Positions 60,762-64,000 of a stretch of 64,000 nt of DNA are shown in pieces. Source of the stretch: Octopus sinensis (lineage: Eukaryota). Each line of letters opens with the position of its first letter. Position 1 is the first letter of the stretch. The stretch spans positions 92,504,001 through 92,568,000 of the forward strand of contig NC_043005.1 in NCBI RefSeq assembly GCF_006345805.1. Reading direction: 5' to 3'. The notes below the pieces were generated by a model that had not been told where the DNA came from, did no database searches, and worked only from the letters and a program-made list of their open reading frames with translations. The position numbers and the translations under genes were made by a program.

Positions 60762-61888
60762 ACACACACAGACATGACAAGTAAATAGATACCTCATAAA
60801 ACATCGATTTATGTTTATTTTGACATGAAAAGGTTTGTAATTTTTATTAATTGACATCTTTATATACACAGATGTATATATGTATACGTATATATATATA
60901 TGTGTTTGTGTGTCTCTGTTTGTCCCCCAACATCGCTTGATAACCGATGCTGGTGTGTTTATATCCCTGTAACTTAGCAGTTTGGCAAAAGAGACCAACG
61001 GAATGAGTACTAGGCTTATAAAGAATAAGCCCTGGGGTCGATTTGCTCGACTAAAGGCAGTGCTCCAACATGGCCACAGTCAAATGACTGAAACAACTAA
61101 AAGAGATGTGTAGAATGATCCAGTGGCTTTGTATTTTTCCATAGCTCCCGTGGTTACCATGATATTCTACTATAATAATACTCTTGTGTTTATGAATGAG
61201 AACGGATGGGGTGATAGATGAATAAAGAAGGAAGGGGGTGATGTCATATTTGGTAGTGGGATGATGAAAATTGTACGCGGAAAAAAATAAATCAAACTGC
61301 GTTTCAACTCTGTGTATATGTAAAGGGGGGTACGTGAATGTGTATGCATGTGTGTATGTGCATAAGCACGCACAATGGGTGTGGGATGGTTCATCTTTGT
61401 TCACTTAGTTTATTTTTTGATTTGGTTGAATATTGGTTGGTTTTCTTTTTGTTAGCCAGTTATTTTTAGCATTTTGACAGAAAAAAGCCATTCTAAAATT
61501 GTTTTTTAACGTGTGCCCAAACAAGTCAAATGCTTACACAGAGCAGGTTTTATACAGCCACATCATCCAAACTGACCAGGCTTAGCTACTAGTGTGTATA
61601 TATATATATGTATGTATATATATATATATATGTATGTATATATATATATATATTATATATATATATGTATGTATATATATATATATATATATGATGTATA
61701 TATATATATATATATAGTATATATACATATATATATGTATGTATATATACATATATGTATGTATATATATATACATTATATGTATATATATATAATGGCG
61801 GTGCCCCAGCATGGCCACAGCTCATAAGCTAAAACTGGAAAAATCAAATCATATATGTATACATACATATATATATATATATGTATAC

Positions 61889-61934
<46 letters not shown>

Positions 61935-62019
61935 ATAAAACGGTAAGATAACAAAAGAAAGAAAGAGACCTCAATATTATGTAAATAGAGGAAATTTATC
62001 TATACAATATGTTACATTA

Positions 62020-62574
62020 CTCGGTAGTCAAGATAAAACTCTGAGTTTCAGATGCCGAAGTGGAAATCCACAACACCATCTCTTCGGTTATCTGGCTATT
62101 TGAAAACGTTATGAAAAAATACCGTTAAAAATGAAGGGAAATTACTCTGTTATAACTCTGCTTTGCCTGCGTACTTATACATCGCTCGCATTTTTCGTCA
62201 TAAAAATTATATAAAAATACATAAAAATATATAAAAATATATAAAATCTTCTTGGGACATAACACAGAAAGCATGTTCTATCCGTTTTCTTTAGGGGACC
62301 AAAAACGTAACAGAAATTTAGTCACATGTGGGCATGATCCGAAAAGCTCTGTCCTTGTATTTAGACATGTGGTAGGGTCTAAGCTGCTTTTCCAGATAAG
62401 CCATCTCTCCATGTCGCATAAACCGCACCTTCCGCTGCCGTTAGTATAGGGCTTACATCTGGCCAAAATCTTCCATTGTATGTTATAATCGACACCTTTA
62501 TCTCTTAAAGACCATATATATATATATATACATACATACATACCATATATATATATATATACATACATACATAC

Positions 62575-62607
<33 letters not shown>

Positions 62608-62740
62608 GTATATACAGGGAAAAACTAGTTTTAGGATTAAATCAAATTTCACAGTATAAATATAAATTAAATTAGAGATAAAACCACTATTAGGCAACTC
62701 AAACAGTGATAGACATAAACCAAAACATAAAAAACAATAA
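62020..62740 (-). mobile_element. Penelope-like element 3' fragment (GIY-YIG C-terminus) with downstream degenerate hammerhead
   Basis: ORF 62278..62697 part WSLRDKGVDYNIQWKILARCKPYTNGSGRCGLC..E..LI......LNTRTELFGSCPH..KFLL; hammerhead-like motif at 62031-62093 on the same strand. Confidence 0.8.
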
Positions 62741-63908
62741 ATACATTTTTCTATCTGTTTTTTTACCTTAAAAATTTATATTCAACATAATAAATGGGTT
62801 GCATGACATAATCCTAATGTTTTAAGTTTCTAATTTGATAATAGAGTTTTTAATAAGAAAAATTATTATTTTATTTATTTCTTAAAAAATATTGCTTAAC
62901 TCTATTTGCTTATTTATTTAACTATTATCATTAACCTGAAGATTGACTATAATTTTAATTCGAATTTTTAATTGAATTTAAACTTAATTGTAATTCGAAT
63001 TGAATTATAGCCATGAAACGTACGTAGTGTTTTTACTTATTATATCATATTAAACTTTTTAATACTTTTTGATTAGTTTAAAAAAAAAGTTAGAAGTTTA
63101 AAAGTTTAAAAATTTATAAATTTAAAATTAAAATATAAAAATTTATAAATATAAATTTAAAAATTCCAAATTTCAATAATTTAAATTTTATATTTTATAT
63201 ATATTTTGTATATTATATTAATTATATTTATCTTTTGTTTTTTATGTTTTGGTTTATGTCTATCACTGTTTGAGTTGCCTAATAGTGGTTTTATCTCTAA
63301 TTTAATTATATATATATATATATATTATATATATATATATATATATATTGTATATGTATATATACATATATATATATACATATATATATGTATATATATA
63401 TCTATTGTTTTTTGTAAGTTATTAATTAGCCAATGAGATATATGGATTGTTAATTAGTTATAGCGTTCTTTTAAAATAGTTTGTTTGTTTGTTTACAGTT
63501 AGCTTTTTCATCTTTAATCTTTTAATATATTTATAAGTAATAATGAATAATTAATTTATTAGGTCTTTATTATACGTGCATATATATTTATTGATAGAGA
63601 TAATTTTAGATCTTAATTCTAATATTTATATACACTTATATATATTCATTGATAATTTAGTTATTATTCAAATATTATATAATTATTTGACTTGAAATTA
63701 AATTTAATAATATGAATAGTGATTTTTTTTTGTTAAATATTTAGGTAATTAGTTATTGACTATAGCTGAGATAAGAAGTACACATGTGTTGTTCTAATGT
63801 GACTAGAACTTCTTTAAGGTAAAAAAATAGAAAAATGTATTTATCTATTTATTATTTGTGGGTTTATTATGTTTTTATGTATGTATATATATATATAATA
63901 TATATATA

Positions 63909-63956
<48 letters not shown>

Positions 63957-64000
63957 TATATATACATATATATATGTATATATATATATTATATATATAT

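Overview
AT-rich, microsatellite-dense eukaryotic genomic DNA. The tRNA-derived SINE families plus RTE, CR1, Penelope, mariner and piggyBac relics suggest an octopod cephalopod (inference, not a database hit). Three spliced + strand genes were rebuilt by hand with GT-AG sites and consistent phases: TTC32 (3 exons, 2260-10950, 153 aa), SMNDC1/SPF30 (7 exons, 16903-31269, 244 aa) and MTHFS (3 exons, 37831-51307). The rest is mostly decayed transposons. Best leads: (1) directly downstream of MTHFS, a Penelope-associated cluster at 51.7-55.1 kb holds four type I hammerhead-ribozyme motifs, two in a 1.3-kb head-to-tail tandem (retrozyme-like, though possibly an assembly duplicate) and two in a permuted inverted repeat where one has a core mutation; (2) a long-TIR MITE with telomere-like repeats sits between two copies of a 108-bp direct duplication just upstream of the MTHFS start codon; (3) two piggyBac derivatives bracket the Tudor exons of SMNDC1; (4) an inverted CR1 pair brackets TTC32 exons 1-2. 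All alignments and mismatch counts were done by eye; no searches or folding programs were run. No CRISPR, rRNA or tRNA genes were seen.
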